A DNA stretch of 41,687 nt from a bacterium (lineage in GTDB: Bacteria; Krumholzibacteriota; Krumholzibacteriia; G020349025). The first letter of the stretch is position 1. Every line of letters starts with the position of its first letter. The notes beneath the pieces were generated by a model. It ran no database searches. It saw only the letters and a program-made list of their open reading frames with translations, and was not told where the DNA came from. The translations under genes and the position numbers were made by a program. Location of the stretch: the NCBI GenBank assembly GCA_031362565.1, contig JANLSU010000076.1:1-41687 (forward strand), written 5' to 3'. Positions 30,281 through 39,407 of this stretch are shown piece by piece.

Positions 30281-30858
30281 GCCGTGCCGCCTTCACTCAA
30301 GTGCGTCTCGACCAATTCACACAGGATGTGTCCCAGCGTGATGTGACACTCTTGAATGCGCGAGGTCGCCTGATGCGGAATCACGATCGCGTGGTCGACG
30401 AGTGACTTGATCTCGCCGCCATCGCGCCCGAGGAACGCGGCCGTCACCATGCCACCCATTTCACGGGCCCGCAAGAGCGCGCGCTTGACGTTCGGCGAAT
30501 TGCCGCTCGTGCTGATGCCGAGGACGACATCGCCCGGCAGGCCGTGGGCTTCGATCTGGCGCGCGAACACGTGCTCGTAGCCGTAGTCGTTGCCGACCGA
30601 GGTCAGAATCGAAGTGTCGGTCGTGAGCGCAATTGCCGGCCAGCCGCGCCGCTCGCGCTGGTAGCGGCCCACGAACTCCGCTGCCAAGTGTTGCGAATCA
30701 GCGGCACTGCCGCCGTTGCCAAAAATGAGTAGCTTGTGTCCGCCCCGGAGCGCCTTGCCCGTCGCCGCGATCAGCGACTGGAGCGGCAGCAGCACGTCGG
30801 CGCCAAGGCTCAGCTTGAGCTCCGCGCTCTCGCGCAGCCGGCGCTGGATTTCCTGCAT
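30277..30858 (-). CDS. gmhA: Phosphoheptose (sedoheptulose-7-phosphate) isomerase
   Basis: [40 protein letters not shown]. Confidence 0.97.
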   Translation of the reverse strand: MQEIQRRLRESAELKLSLGADVLLPLQSLIAATGKALRGGHKLLIFGNGGSAADSQHLAAEFVGRYQRERRGWPAIALTTDTSILTSVGNDYGYEHVFARQIEAHGLPGDVVLGISTSGNSPNVKRALLRAREMGGMVTAAFLGRDGGEIKSLVDHAIVIPHQATSRIQECHITLGHILCELVETHLSEGGTA

Positions 30859-30933
30859 CGGACTCCAAGGGAGGCGAGAGCCAGGCGGGGCTCGAAGCCC
30901 GGGTCGCTGATGGCGTTGACGCGCCCAACCGCA

Positions 30934-30963
30934 AGTCTAGGAAGCACTTGGGCACATCGTCAA
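30934..30963 (-). promoter_or_regulatory. Putative sigma70 promoter for gmhA-hldE-methyltransferase
   Basis: Minus strand TTGACG-18 nt-TAGACT about 75 nt upstream of gmhA. Confidence 0.55.
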
Positions 30964-31099
30964 GGTGGTGGCGCCCGGGAGAGCGGGCGGGCGTCGGAAC
31001 GGTCGCGTGAGCGCGATTACGCGCCAATAGGGCTGTCCTTCTCAAAGGGACTGATACCCGCAATCCTGTCCTTGGCAGAAGGACAGATCTCGGGGTGCG

Positions 31100-31513
31100 G
31101 GTCCGCAACCAGGTCTCGGTGGTGCGATACCGGCAATGCAGCTTGTGTCCGTGATAGACCTCGTCTTCGACATCGACATGGGTCGCAATCGCGACATCCC
31201 CGTGCATCGCCGCCGCGAACTCTGTCAGACGAATCGTCCCCGAGATTCCTTCCGAAAATGGCTTGATGCCGTCGGCGATTTCCTTCTTCGTCGACACCGT
31301 GCCGCTCTCGTCCACATAGCGCGCGTCGTCATCCAAATAGCGATCCCACACCGCAGTCGCGCCGCTCGAGATCGCATCGAACAGCTCTTGCGACTGCCGC
31401 TGCAACGTCGCTGCCACCGTCGAGTCAGGTCTCGCAGCGCCGGTCGCAGCGACGCGAGCCGCCGGGCTGAGAGTCGCCGCGACCGCCAGAATGCACACCA
31501 CGAAACTTGGCAT
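31100..31513 (-). pseudogene. Secreted NTF2-like/DUF4440 protein, apparently truncated
   Basis: Signal peptide MPSFVVCILAVAA; QELFDAI..G...VWDRYLDDDA.YVDESG...YRTTETWLRT; the frame then continues as implausible sequence across the gmhA promoter and start. Confidence 0.55.
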
Positions 31514-31718
31514 CGGGTCCCCTTTCGAAGCTTGGCGCAGCGAGATGGTTGGCCCCGGGCTTGACTCCACAACTCTTTTAGTTGTAACGGGATAACATGT
31601 AAGACGCGACGATCGTGCAATTTTACTCACTGATTGAGTATTTTGTCGACACGCCGCCTGGGGCGCTCCCGAATGCGCTCAGTTTGCGCTCATTCTTGAT
31701 GCCGCACTGAGGAGAGAC

Positions 31719-33281
31719 GTGACGATGCCACACTCCATGCTCTTCGTGAACGGCACGATCGAGACCGGTGACGAGCCGGCGACCTGGGCATGGGTCGAAG
31801 ACGGACTCGTGCGCGCGCTCGGCGCCGGTGCGCCGCCCGGGTGCGATGCGCCGATGATCGACCTCGCGGGCGCGACACTCGCGCCGGGGTTCATCGATGC
31901 GCACGTGCACCTCTCGTGGCTCGCGACGGCGCTCCTGGGGCCGGATTTGTCGCCGTGCCCAGATGCCGGCTCGGTGCTCGATGCGGTCCGCACTTGGCGC
32001 GGACCCGGGCGTGGCGCGCGCGGCGAATGGATTGTCGGGACAGGTTTCGACGAAAGTCCATGGCGTGATCAGCGTCTGCCGACGCGCGACGACCTCGATC
32101 GCGTCGAGCGCGAGCGCCCCGTTCTCTTGCAACGTGTCTGCGGCCACATTGGAATCGCGAACAGTGCGGCGCTCGCGCGCACCAAACCGGGTCCGCACAC
32201 CGATCTCACGACCGGCCGGCTGGCCGAAGACGATCTCTATGTGCTGAACGATCAGGTGCGGCCGGGGGCCGACGAACTCGCTGCCGTGCTTCCGGATGTC
32301 TTCGCGCTCCTGCACCGCCACGGCATCACCGCGGTGCACGACGTCAGCGCTCCCGAAATGGTGCATGCACTCGCGCGGCAGGATCGCGCGAGTGCCAAAC
32401 GCGTTCGCGTGACGTGCGCCGTGCCGGCGCGCTACTTGACTGCCGCGCCACGCGACGCCGCGCCCGCTCGCGATGCCGCAGCCTTCTTCGCAACCCGCGG
32501 CCTGTCGGACTTGCCGCTCGGTGGCACCAACGAACTCTTCGAAGTCGTCGGCGTGAAGCTCTTCCTCGACGGTTCGCTCGGCGCCCGCACGGCACTGCTT
32601 CGCGCGCCGTACAGCGATGCTGCGACCACGCGCGGCACCGCACTCTACGAATCGCCGACCCTCGTGGAACTAGCGCGCGATGTCGACGGCGCCGCACTGC
32701 AACTCATGGTGCACGCCATCGGCGACGCGGCGCTCGATCAAGCATTGGGTGCGCTCGAGCCGGTGGCACGCGATGGCAATCCACGCCGGCATCGGCTGGA
32801 GCATGTCGAGGTGACGCCACCCGATCTCGTCCAGCGCCTCGCTCAATCGGGGCTCTGGGTGTGCGCTCAACCCAACTTCGCCGGCCGCTGGTCGATTCCG
32901 GGTGGCATGAACGAACAACGTCTCGGTGCCCGGCTCCAACACTGCAACGCGTACCGAACACTGCACGCCGCGGGCATCCCGCTGGCCTTTGGCTCGGATT
33001 GCATGCCGCTGAGCCCCCTCTACGGCCTGCGATCGGCGGTCTGGCACCCGCTCGAATCGGAGCGCCTCCTGCCCGGGCTCGCACTCGCTCTCTACACGGG
33101 CGCCGCCGCGCACCTCACCGGCAGCGCCGCGCGGGGCACGATCGGCGTGGGTTCGGTGGCCGATCTCGTCGTTCTCGCGCCGCGCCTGGAGGCGGCGATC
33201 GCCGCGGCGACCTCGCAGTCGAACGTGGCCCGAACCTTTGTCGCCGGACGCCAAGTCTTCGGCCCAAACCCCGGCGAATAG
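31719..33281 (+). CDS. Amidohydrolase 3 family (YtcJ-like) protein
   Basis: PGFIDAHVH, KLFLDGSLGART, HAIGD, RLEH, FGSD; GAGGAG RBS. Confidence 0.9.
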   Translation: MTMPHSMLFVNGTIETGDEPATWAWVEDGLVRALGAGAPPGCDAPMIDLAGATLAPGFIDAHVHLSWLATALLGPDLSPCPDAGSVLDAVRTWRGPGRGARGEWIVGTGFDESPWRDQRLPTRDDLDRVERERPVLLQRVCGHIGIANSAALARTKPGPHTDLTTGRLAEDDLYVLNDQVRPGADELAAVLPDVFALLHRHGITAVHDVSAPEMVHALARQDRASAKRVRVTCAVPARYLTAAPRDAAPARDAAAFFATRGLSDLPLGGTNELFEVVGVKLFLDGSLGARTALLRAPYSDAATTRGTALYESPTLVELARDVDGAALQLMVHAIGDAALDQALGALEPVARDGNPRRHRLEHVEVTPPDLVQRLAQSGLWVCAQPNFAGRWSIPGGMNEQRLGARLQHCNAYRTLHAAGIPLAFGSDCMPLSPLYGLRSAVWHPLESERLLPGLALALYTGAAAHLTGSAARGTIGVGSVADLVVLAPRLEAAIAAATSQSNVARTFVAGRQVFGPNPGE

Positions 33282-33457
33282 CCTCCCAGCCAAGCCCCGA
33301 CCGCCACGAGGGCCCCGGTTGCCGGGCCCACCGGGCGGGTGGTACCATGCGGCACCAGCCGTGGCCGCCCGCCGCCCAGTGCCGCGGGACACGCTGCCCG
33401 CACCGCCTCCGAGGCGAAGCGCCGGTAGCGAGGGCCGCTCCCAGTTCAGGAGGTTCG

Positions 33458-33955
33458 ATGTCGCTCGGGATCAAGCGCACGCGTCCGATGCGCGTCGCCA
33501 CGAAGACGTTCGAGGGTACGCTCGAGGAAATGCCACGCGAGTTCGAATCGCTGTACGGGTGGGCCCGCAGGCGCAACTTGCGCGTCGGCGAACCCGATCA
33601 CTCGGGCCGCATGTCGCTGCCGTGGGCGGCCGTCGTTCATAACGAAGCCGACACCGCTCCCGAAGCCGCGCGCCGCGTCGACTTGTGGGTGCCCATCGAA
33701 GGCGCCGGCGCGAGCCAGCCGGGCTTCCTCGTCAAGGACGTGCCGCACGAGAGCGTCGCCTTCCAAATCTACAAGGGCCCGATGTCGAAGCTCGACGAAG
33801 CGGTCGAAGCGCTCTTTACGTGGGCCACGTCGAAGCAGCTCGTGTTTCGCGGCCGCGTGCACCGGCGGATTTTCACGCGCGGCGTCGACGGCCCGCCCGA
33901 GGATCCGGATTGGGAAGCCGAAATCCAGATTCCGCTCGTTCCGCAGCGCAACTGA
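33458..33955 (+). CDS. GyrI-like small-molecule-binding domain protein
   Basis: AGGAGG RBS; YKGP..KL.EA..AL..W...EIQIPL pattern. Confidence 0.7.
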   Translation: MSLGIKRTRPMRVATKTFEGTLEEMPREFESLYGWARRRNLRVGEPDHSGRMSLPWAAVVHNEADTAPEAARRVDLWVPIEGAGASQPGFLVKDVPHESVAFQIYKGPMSKLDEAVEALFTWATSKQLVFRGRVHRRIFTRGVDGPPEDPDWEAEIQIPLVPQRN

Positions 33956-34623
33956 TGCTGCGCCCACTTGCAGGGCGCTATTCTCGACACCGCGGCGTGA
34001 GGTACGGCCTCGCGACCGCGGTGTTTGCTTTCGCGGCACTCACATTCCTGGCCATTCGTGCTGCGGGTGCGGATCCCGTGATTGCGTCCGGCGCCGACTC
34101 GGCGCGCGTTCTCGTGTCGATTGCGGGCGGCGTGCAATGGGTCGACCTGCCGCGCTTCGACCGACCGGATGAAAAGATCGGCGCGCGGTCGCGCGTCGCC
34201 TTCGGCACTGCGGTCCGCGTGCGGCGCTGGTTCGAACCCCACGCCGAACTTGCATTCGCATACTTGGGTGGGTCCGACTCGCTCGACGCCGCCCTCGCGG
34301 CGCTCGGCACCAAGCGCGTCAGCTTGGGAACGCTCGTGCAGTTGCAAGCCGGAGCGCGCTTGCGCTGGGCGCGCGCCGGACGCTGGCAGCCCTTCGTTAA
34401 CGTAGCCGCCGGCGTGGCGCGATTCCGCCTCGAGGCGAGTTCGGTCGCCGACCAACGGGACACCGACGCCGTGTGGTCGGCAGGCGCCGGCACGGAACTC
34501 TGGCTGCACCGCCATTTCATGCTGCGCGGTGAAGGCCTCTACATCGGCCAGGCCGCGCGCCAAGGCACTCGCTCCCACAGCGCCGTGCAAGTCGCCGCCG
34601 TCTACTCCTTCGATCATCTGTAA
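33955..34623 (+). CDS. Small outer-membrane beta-barrel protein (OmpA-TM-like)
   Basis: Signal peptide; WQPFVNVAAGV, AGAGTELW, LRGEGLY, terminal AVYSF strand; coupled to the upstream stop. Confidence 0.6.
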   Translation: MLRPLAGRYSRHRGVRYGLATAVFAFAALTFLAIRAAGADPVIASGADSARVLVSIAGGVQWVDLPRFDRPDEKIGARSRVAFGTAVRVRRWFEPHAELAFAYLGGSDSLDAALAALGTKRVSLGTLVQLQAGARLRWARAGRWQPFVNVAAGVARFRLEASSVADQRDTDAVWSAGAGTELWLHRHFMLRGEGLYIGQAARQGTRSHSAVQVAAVYSFDHL

Positions 34624-35213
34624 GAACCGGATCGTCGCCGCAAGAAGCCGATAGAATGCCGCGCGTAGGCGTCCCATCCAGCGCCGAATGCGGCGCGCAG
34701 GAGCAGTTCCTCGCGATACGAACGCACGGCCAGCACGAGTGCGAGCGCACACCAGACAGCAGCAGCGCGCAGCGACCCGGCCGCGAGCGCCTGTCCGAAT
34801 GTTCCGATTGCGGTCGACACGTACATCGGATGCCGCACGAATGAATAAGGCCCGTGCGTGACGAGAGCGTGCGGCGTGCGGGCGACTTGCGCGAATTGTG
34901 CACCCTGCGCGGCGCGGGCCCACGACCATGCCGTCATGCCGGCGAGAAAGAGCACTACGCCGGCGGCGCAGCGCACGGGATCGGGTGCTCGACGCGAGTC
35001 GATGAGCGCCACCGCCGTGACCGCGATGCAAAGCACCCAGGTGGCACCGAGAAGCATGCGGTCGGTGGATGCGGCTACGTCGGGGGCGTGCGCCGGCGGT
35101 CGCTCTGTGGAAGCAGAGGTCGCGTCGCGCCGGCCGAAGATCCCCAGGACCATCGGCGCCCAGCCGAGGATCAAAAGCACGCTCGTCCACATCGTAGTCA
35201 TCGGTGCTGTCAC
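34614..35213 (-). CDS. Isoprenylcysteine carboxylmethyltransferase/PEMT family membrane methyltransferase
   Basis: LVTHGPYSFVRHPMY and EE.LL...FG..W..Y motifs; start uncertain. Confidence 0.85.
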   Translation of the reverse strand: MTAPMTTMWTSVLLILGWAPMVLGIFGRRDATSASTERPPAHAPDVAASTDRMLLGATWVLCIAVTAVALIDSRRAPDPVRCAAGVVLFLAGMTAWSWARAAQGAQFAQVARTPHALVTHGPYSFVRHPMYVSTAIGTFGQALAAGSLRAAAVWCALALVLAVRSYREELLLRAAFGAGWDAYARHSIGFLRRRSGSYR

Positions 35214-35382
35214 CCTCGATCGATGTCAGCAAGGACCGCTTTCGGACGGCGCGAATCCGCCGAGCGGCGCCGCCCGCCATTCCCACCATAGTGTGTTTCG
35301 GTGGGGTGATGGCGGGGCGATAGGGGCTCGGGTATCGTCGTCGCACGGCCGCCGACTCGTGCGCCCGTCGAAGGAGGCACAC

Positions 35383-37125
35383 GTGAGCGCCAGGCCGCAT
35401 CCAAAAGCACGTCGCAAAGGGCCTGGCGGCGCGAGCCGGCCCGGGCCGCGACCATTCAAGAGGACTTCAGAAGAGCGCCCGGGAACGGCGCCGAGACCGC
35501 CTCGCGGGCCTGAGCGGCCGCAGGGCAGTAGGGCACGGCCCGACGCACGCCAGCCGGGCGACGGGCCGCGGCCTCGTGACGCGGGGCCCGGTCGTGACTC
35601 GGGTCCCGCTCGTGACCGTAGGCCCGTGCGTGACGCGGGGCCGGCGCGCGACAGGGGCCCGGCGCGCGACGCCGGCGGCGACCGGCGCTCCTCCGGATCC
35701 GGCCCGCAACGCCGGCCGTTCTCCAGACGCCCATCGCGGCCGGGTGAGCGGCCGGGCGCCAATCGCGGCGGCTTTCGCAAGCCACCGGTACGCCGGGATG
35801 CGCCAGTCACTGCATCAGCGCCCACGGACGCTTCTGTTGTGGTCGATACCGCGCCCAAGCCGAAGCGCGCGCTCGAGTGCCCGCATTTTCCGCCCTGCGC
35901 CGGCTGCCCGCTCATTCCAGTGCCGTATCTCGAACAACTCGACTCGAAGCGCCGGGTTTTGATGGAAGCGCTGCAGCCGATGTTGCCAGCCGGAGTGACG
36001 GCGGACTCGGTCGTGAGTTCGACGGTGCCATCGACGCGCCTGCAGGGCTACCGCAACCAAGCGCGTCTTGTCTTCCGGCAGATGTCGCGCGGCGGCCATC
36101 CGCACATGGGCCTCGGCATGTATTCGCCAGGCACGCATCAGGTCATACACATTCCGAATTGTCCGATCCAGCCGGATCGCCTGAACAATGTTGCCGCGAC
36201 CATCGTGCGGTTGGCCGAAGAGATGAACTTTACGAGCTATGACGAACGTGCCGGCGAGGGCTGCTTGCGCTATCTGGCATTGCGTTGCGATCGGACGCGG
36301 CGGGCGGTGCTCGTGACACTCATCGTTGGCGAGGACGTCGGTGCGCCGCTCCGCCAGCTCGCGGAACGCATTCGCGAATTGCATCCGGAAGTCGTGGGTG
36401 TGGCGCTGCATCAGAATCGGCGTCATAGCAATGTTTTGTTCGCGGGCGAGGATCTGTGGACGATCGGCGCGACACGCCTCGACGACGAAATCGGCTCGTT
36501 TCGGATCCCGATCTCGCCGCGCAGCTTCCTGCAGGTGAACCACGAACAGGCGGAATGGATCTACGGGCGCTTGGCCGACGTGCTGGCACCGGTGGGGGAC
36601 GCCGCGGCACCATCGGAAGTTGCCGAACCCGAAATCGTCCTCGACCTGTATAGCGGCGTCGGTGGCATCGCGCTGCATCTGGCGCGACCGGGGCGCCTGG
36701 TCGTGGGTGTCGAGTCATCGGCAGAAGCGGTCGAGGATGCACGCCGTGCGGCGCATCGGAATGGCGTCGCGAATGTGCGTTTCGTGCCGGCGGATGTGGC
36801 GTCGTTCTTGCGCGATCCCTCCGGGCACGGCGTGGATCTGAGCGGCCGGCGCATCGCCGCCATCGTCATGAATCCGCCGCGGGTCGGCTGCGGACGCGAA
36901 GTGATGGAAGCGATCGCCGCGCTTGCACCGGAGCGCATCGCGTACGTGTCGTGCCGCGCCTTCTCTCTGGTCCGCGATCTCGAGATCCTGGGGGCAGCCT
37001 ACGCCGTGCAGGAATCGCGGCCGGTGGACATGATTCCGCTGACCCCACACGTGGAGTCGGTGACGGTGATGCGGCGGGTGGAAGTGGCGGTCGAGGTGGC
37101 GCCGAGCGAGGTCGTTCCGGACTGA
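35383..37125 (+). CDS. rlmD: 23S rRNA m5U methyltransferase, RlmD/TrmA family, with a long disordered N-terminus
   Basis: CPHFPPCAGC Fe-S motif, YRN, SFLQVN, DLYSGVG, NPPR.G, YVSC, TPHVE; AAGGAGG RBS then GTG. Confidence 0.85.
   Translation: MSARPHPKARRKGPGGASRPGPRPFKRTSEERPGTAPRPPRGPERPQGSRARPDARQPGDGPRPRDAGPGRDSGPARDRRPVRDAGPARDRGPARDAGGDRRSSGSGPQRRPFSRRPSRPGERPGANRGGFRKPPVRRDAPVTASAPTDASVVVDTAPKPKRALECPHFPPCAGCPLIPVPYLEQLDSKRRVLMEALQPMLPAGVTADSVVSSTVPSTRLQGYRNQARLVFRQMSRGGHPHMGLGMYSPGTHQVIHIPNCPIQPDRLNNVAATIVRLAEEMNFTSYDERAGEGCLRYLALRCDRTRRAVLVTLIVGEDVGAPLRQLAERIRELHPEVVGVALHQNRRHSNVLFAGEDLWTIGATRLDDEIGSFRIPISPRSFLQVNHEQAEWIYGRLADVLAPVGDAAAPSEVAEPEIVLDLYSGVGGIALHLARPGRLVVGVESSAEAVEDARRAAHRNGVANVRFVPADVASFLRDPSGHGVDLSGRRIAAIVMNPPRVGCGREVMEAIAALAPERIAYVSCRAFSLVRDLEILGAAYAVQESRPVDMIPLTPHVESVTVMRRVEVAVEVAPSEVVPD
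35575..35682 (+). repeat. Six degenerate in-frame 18-bp repeats (RDxGPx)
   Basis: RDAGPG RDSGPA RDRRPV RDAGPA RDRGPA RDAGGD. Confidence 0.85.
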
Positions 37126-37215
37126 AGGCGGGGGAGAGTCCCGGGTCCGCGGGGCGGCATTTCGGTTCGATCCGGCGTGTTTTCAGCCTCTTGTGGAGCG
37201 CCCTCCGGCGGCGGC

Positions 37216-37245
37216 TTGACAGTCCCCCGGAGGCTCCAGGATAAT
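37216..37245 (+). promoter_or_regulatory. Sigma70 promoter of tRNA-Asn
   Basis: TTGACA-18 nt-GATAAT followed by a GC-rich discriminator. Confidence 0.7.
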
Positions 37246-37281
37246 CGCCGCCTTGCGCGGTCCAACCGCGCGACGCCTTGT

Positions 37282-37357
37282 TCCTCGGTAGCTCAATTGG
37301 CAGAGCGGGTGGCTGTTAACCACTAGGTCGCAGGTTCGAGTCCTGCCCGAGGAGCCA
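37282..37357 (+). tRNA. tRNA-Asn (GTT)
   Basis: 76 nt; acceptor stem TCCTCGG/CCGAGGA, D arm GCTC..GAGC, anticodon loop CTGTTAA, GGTTCGAGTCC, encoded CCA. Confidence 0.97.
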
Positions 37358-38893
37358 GTTTGCGGAAAGGCCGTTGGAGGCGACTCCGGCGGCCTTTTCT
37401 CTTGTGTGGGCCTCTGCCGCAACCGCAATGACGTCAAACGGTTTCCGCAGCTCGACCTGCAAACCGTCCTCGGTCCAGCGCGAGTTCGAACACAGAAAAT
37501 CGAGGAGTCGGCGCTTTTGTGGTGCGGCTTGCCGTTCATAGAGAAACGGGGCCTTCGCCGCGAGTTCGAGTAACTGAACGCCCTGATCGAGGTAGTTCCT
37601 GTCGGCGGCCTTGTGCGCTGCGAGTTGACGCTCGATTTGATCCTGCTCGGCGCGCCATTCCAGAACCTTGGCTTCGTAGAACCCCTCGGTGATCTTGCCA
37701 TCCAGCTTGTCGACATACATTGCTTCGAGGCGCGATTGCAGGCGGTCATGGTTGGTACGCAGGCGCGCCGTTGTGGCCGAATGATACTCCGCTACGTCGG
37801 AAAAGCTCGATTGCAGGGCTCGCGTTAACCACGACAGGACCTCTGAGTCGACGCGAATGGTCTCGAGTACTTTGCCGAACGCGTCCGCGACGTCCTCCTC
37901 GCGGACATATGGCTTCGTGCAGGGCCCGCGATTGCCGGTACAATGGTAGTAGACGTAGCGTGCCTTCTTGATTTCGCCGACGAGCATGCACCCACAATGT
38001 CCACAGCTGAGCATGCGCGAGAATACGAAGTCGTGCTTTACCCGTCGCCCGCTTCGGGCCGAGCGTCCGTCAAGGACCGCCTGCACGCGGCTCCATAACT
38101 CGTGACTGACGAGGGCCGTGTGGCTGCCTCTGTAATTCGTGCCATCCCAACTGAAGTCCCCCGTGTAGATCCTGTTTCGAAGCATTTGATGCACAGTCCC
38201 TTTGGGGACTTGCACTTTGCTCTTACGGAAGACAAGGCCCTCATCCTTCGCCCAGCACGTTACATCCTTGAGCGAATACTGGCCCGTGCCATAACGCTCG
38301 AAAAGACGCGCTACAATCGGAGCCGTGTCGGGATCCGGCTCAATTACTCGTTTGTTGTTTGGTCCCTCAATGTTCCGATACCCAAGCGGCGCGAACGACG
38401 GCCAGATGCCTTGCCGGGCCTTCTCGAGCATCCCTTTGCGGGTTTCCTCGGACAGATTGTCGATATAGTTTTTCGCCATCAGAACCTTGATCCCATGCAT
38501 GAACTTCTCGGAGGACCGAGACCCTTGAGATAGGACAACGCCTTCCTTGACAAGGTGAATCTCCAGATCCAACTCGTCCAGTGTGACGTAGTCACGCAGG
38601 TTGCGATACAGGCGATCGGTCTTTTCCACAAGCACAATACGACACGAAGGATGTTGACGCAGGAACGACATCATCCGGCCGAACCCGGTTCGACCGGCCT
38701 GCTTCGCGGTTTCGATATCGACGAACTCACTCGCGATGTTGAGACCATTGAGAGTCGCGTAGTCTTGCAAGAGTTTCTGTTGGGCTGGAATCGAGAAGCC
38801 TTCGCGTTCCTGCTCTTTGGACGAGACCCGAGCATAAATGACCGCTGTGGTGTTGCGTTCCGATCGCGTGGTCGCGGATTTCCGGGTCCCCAT
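37316..38893 (-). CDS. Large serine recombinase (integrase)
   Basis: YARVSSKEQ catalytic motif, DRLYRN, recombinase domain (APLGY, NRIYTG), CGHCG..YYHC...C zinc ribbon, coiled coil. Confidence 0.95.
   Translation of the reverse strand: MGTRKSATTRSERNTTAVIYARVSSKEQEREGFSIPAQQKLLQDYATLNGLNIASEFVDIETAKQAGRTGFGRMMSFLRQHPSCRIVLVEKTDRLYRNLRDYVTLDELDLEIHLVKEGVVLSQGSRSSEKFMHGIKVLMAKNYIDNLSEETRKGMLEKARQGIWPSFAPLGYRNIEGPNNKRVIEPDPDTAPIVARLFERYGTGQYSLKDVTCWAKDEGLVFRKSKVQVPKGTVHQMLRNRIYTGDFSWDGTNYRGSHTALVSHELWSRVQAVLDGRSARSGRRVKHDFVFSRMLSCGHCGCMLVGEIKKARYVYYHCTGNRGPCTKPYVREEDVADAFGKVLETIRVDSEVLSWLTRALQSSFSDVAEYHSATTARLRTNHDRLQSRLEAMYVDKLDGKITEGFYEAKVLEWRAEQDQIERQLAAHKAADRNYLDQGVQLLELAAKAPFLYERQAAPQKRRLLDFLCSNSRWTEDGLQVELRKPFDVIAVAAEAHTREKAAGVASNGLSANWLLGQDSNLRPSG
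37365..37399 (+). terminator. Hairpin terminator after the tRNA (inside the recombinase gene on the opposite strand)
   Basis: gaaaggccgttggag-gcga-ctccggcggccttttc. Confidence 0.65.
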
Positions 38894-39041
38894 CGTTCAA
38901 ACCCTCCGGATTCGTTGTTCAGGGCGGACTGTACGATTCGTGTGGCGATGAGTCAAGTTCGTCTTGTAGTGTTCGCAAGGCGACCGACGCACACGATCGG
39001 GTCTGACGGAATGGTTTTGAGCGAGAGAGGTCGAGCGAGCC

Positions 39042-39407
39042 ATGAAAAAGGACGCAGCATTCGGGCCGACGGTTCGTCGCCTACGCGAAAGCAAAGGCAT
39101 AGGCCTTCGCGAATTGTGTCGAGCTGTCGGTATGAGCGCGACGTATCTGTCCCAAGTCGAGCGCGAGGAGCTTACGCCGCCGGTTGAATCCAAGATCAGG
39201 GCAATTGCGGAGCATCTTAACGCGGATGCGGATGTCCTGATGGAACGGGCCGGCAGGGTGCCATCGGACGTGGACGCGATCATCCGCGGAAACCATCGCG
39301 AGATGATCGCTTTGCTTCGCGCTGTGAGTGCGTTGCCGTACGCCGAGGTCGCGAAGCTGCGCCGACGCGCCGAACGATTGAATGGTCTCGCGGACGTGAA
39401 TCGGTAA
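39042..39407 (+). CDS. XRE family helix-turn-helix regulator
   Basis: FGPTVRRLRESKGIGLRELCRAVGMSATYLSQVER...PP. Confidence 0.9.
   Translation: MKKDAAFGPTVRRLRESKGIGLRELCRAVGMSATYLSQVEREELTPPVESKIRAIAEHLNADADVLMERAGRVPSDVDAIIRGNHREMIALLRAVSALPYAEVAKLRRRAERLNGLADVNR

Noticed and set aside
30698..31630. Full 310-aa ORF as annotated in the track
   Set aside because: Plausible only from ATG 31513 to about 31100; the rest overlaps the gmhA promoter and gene
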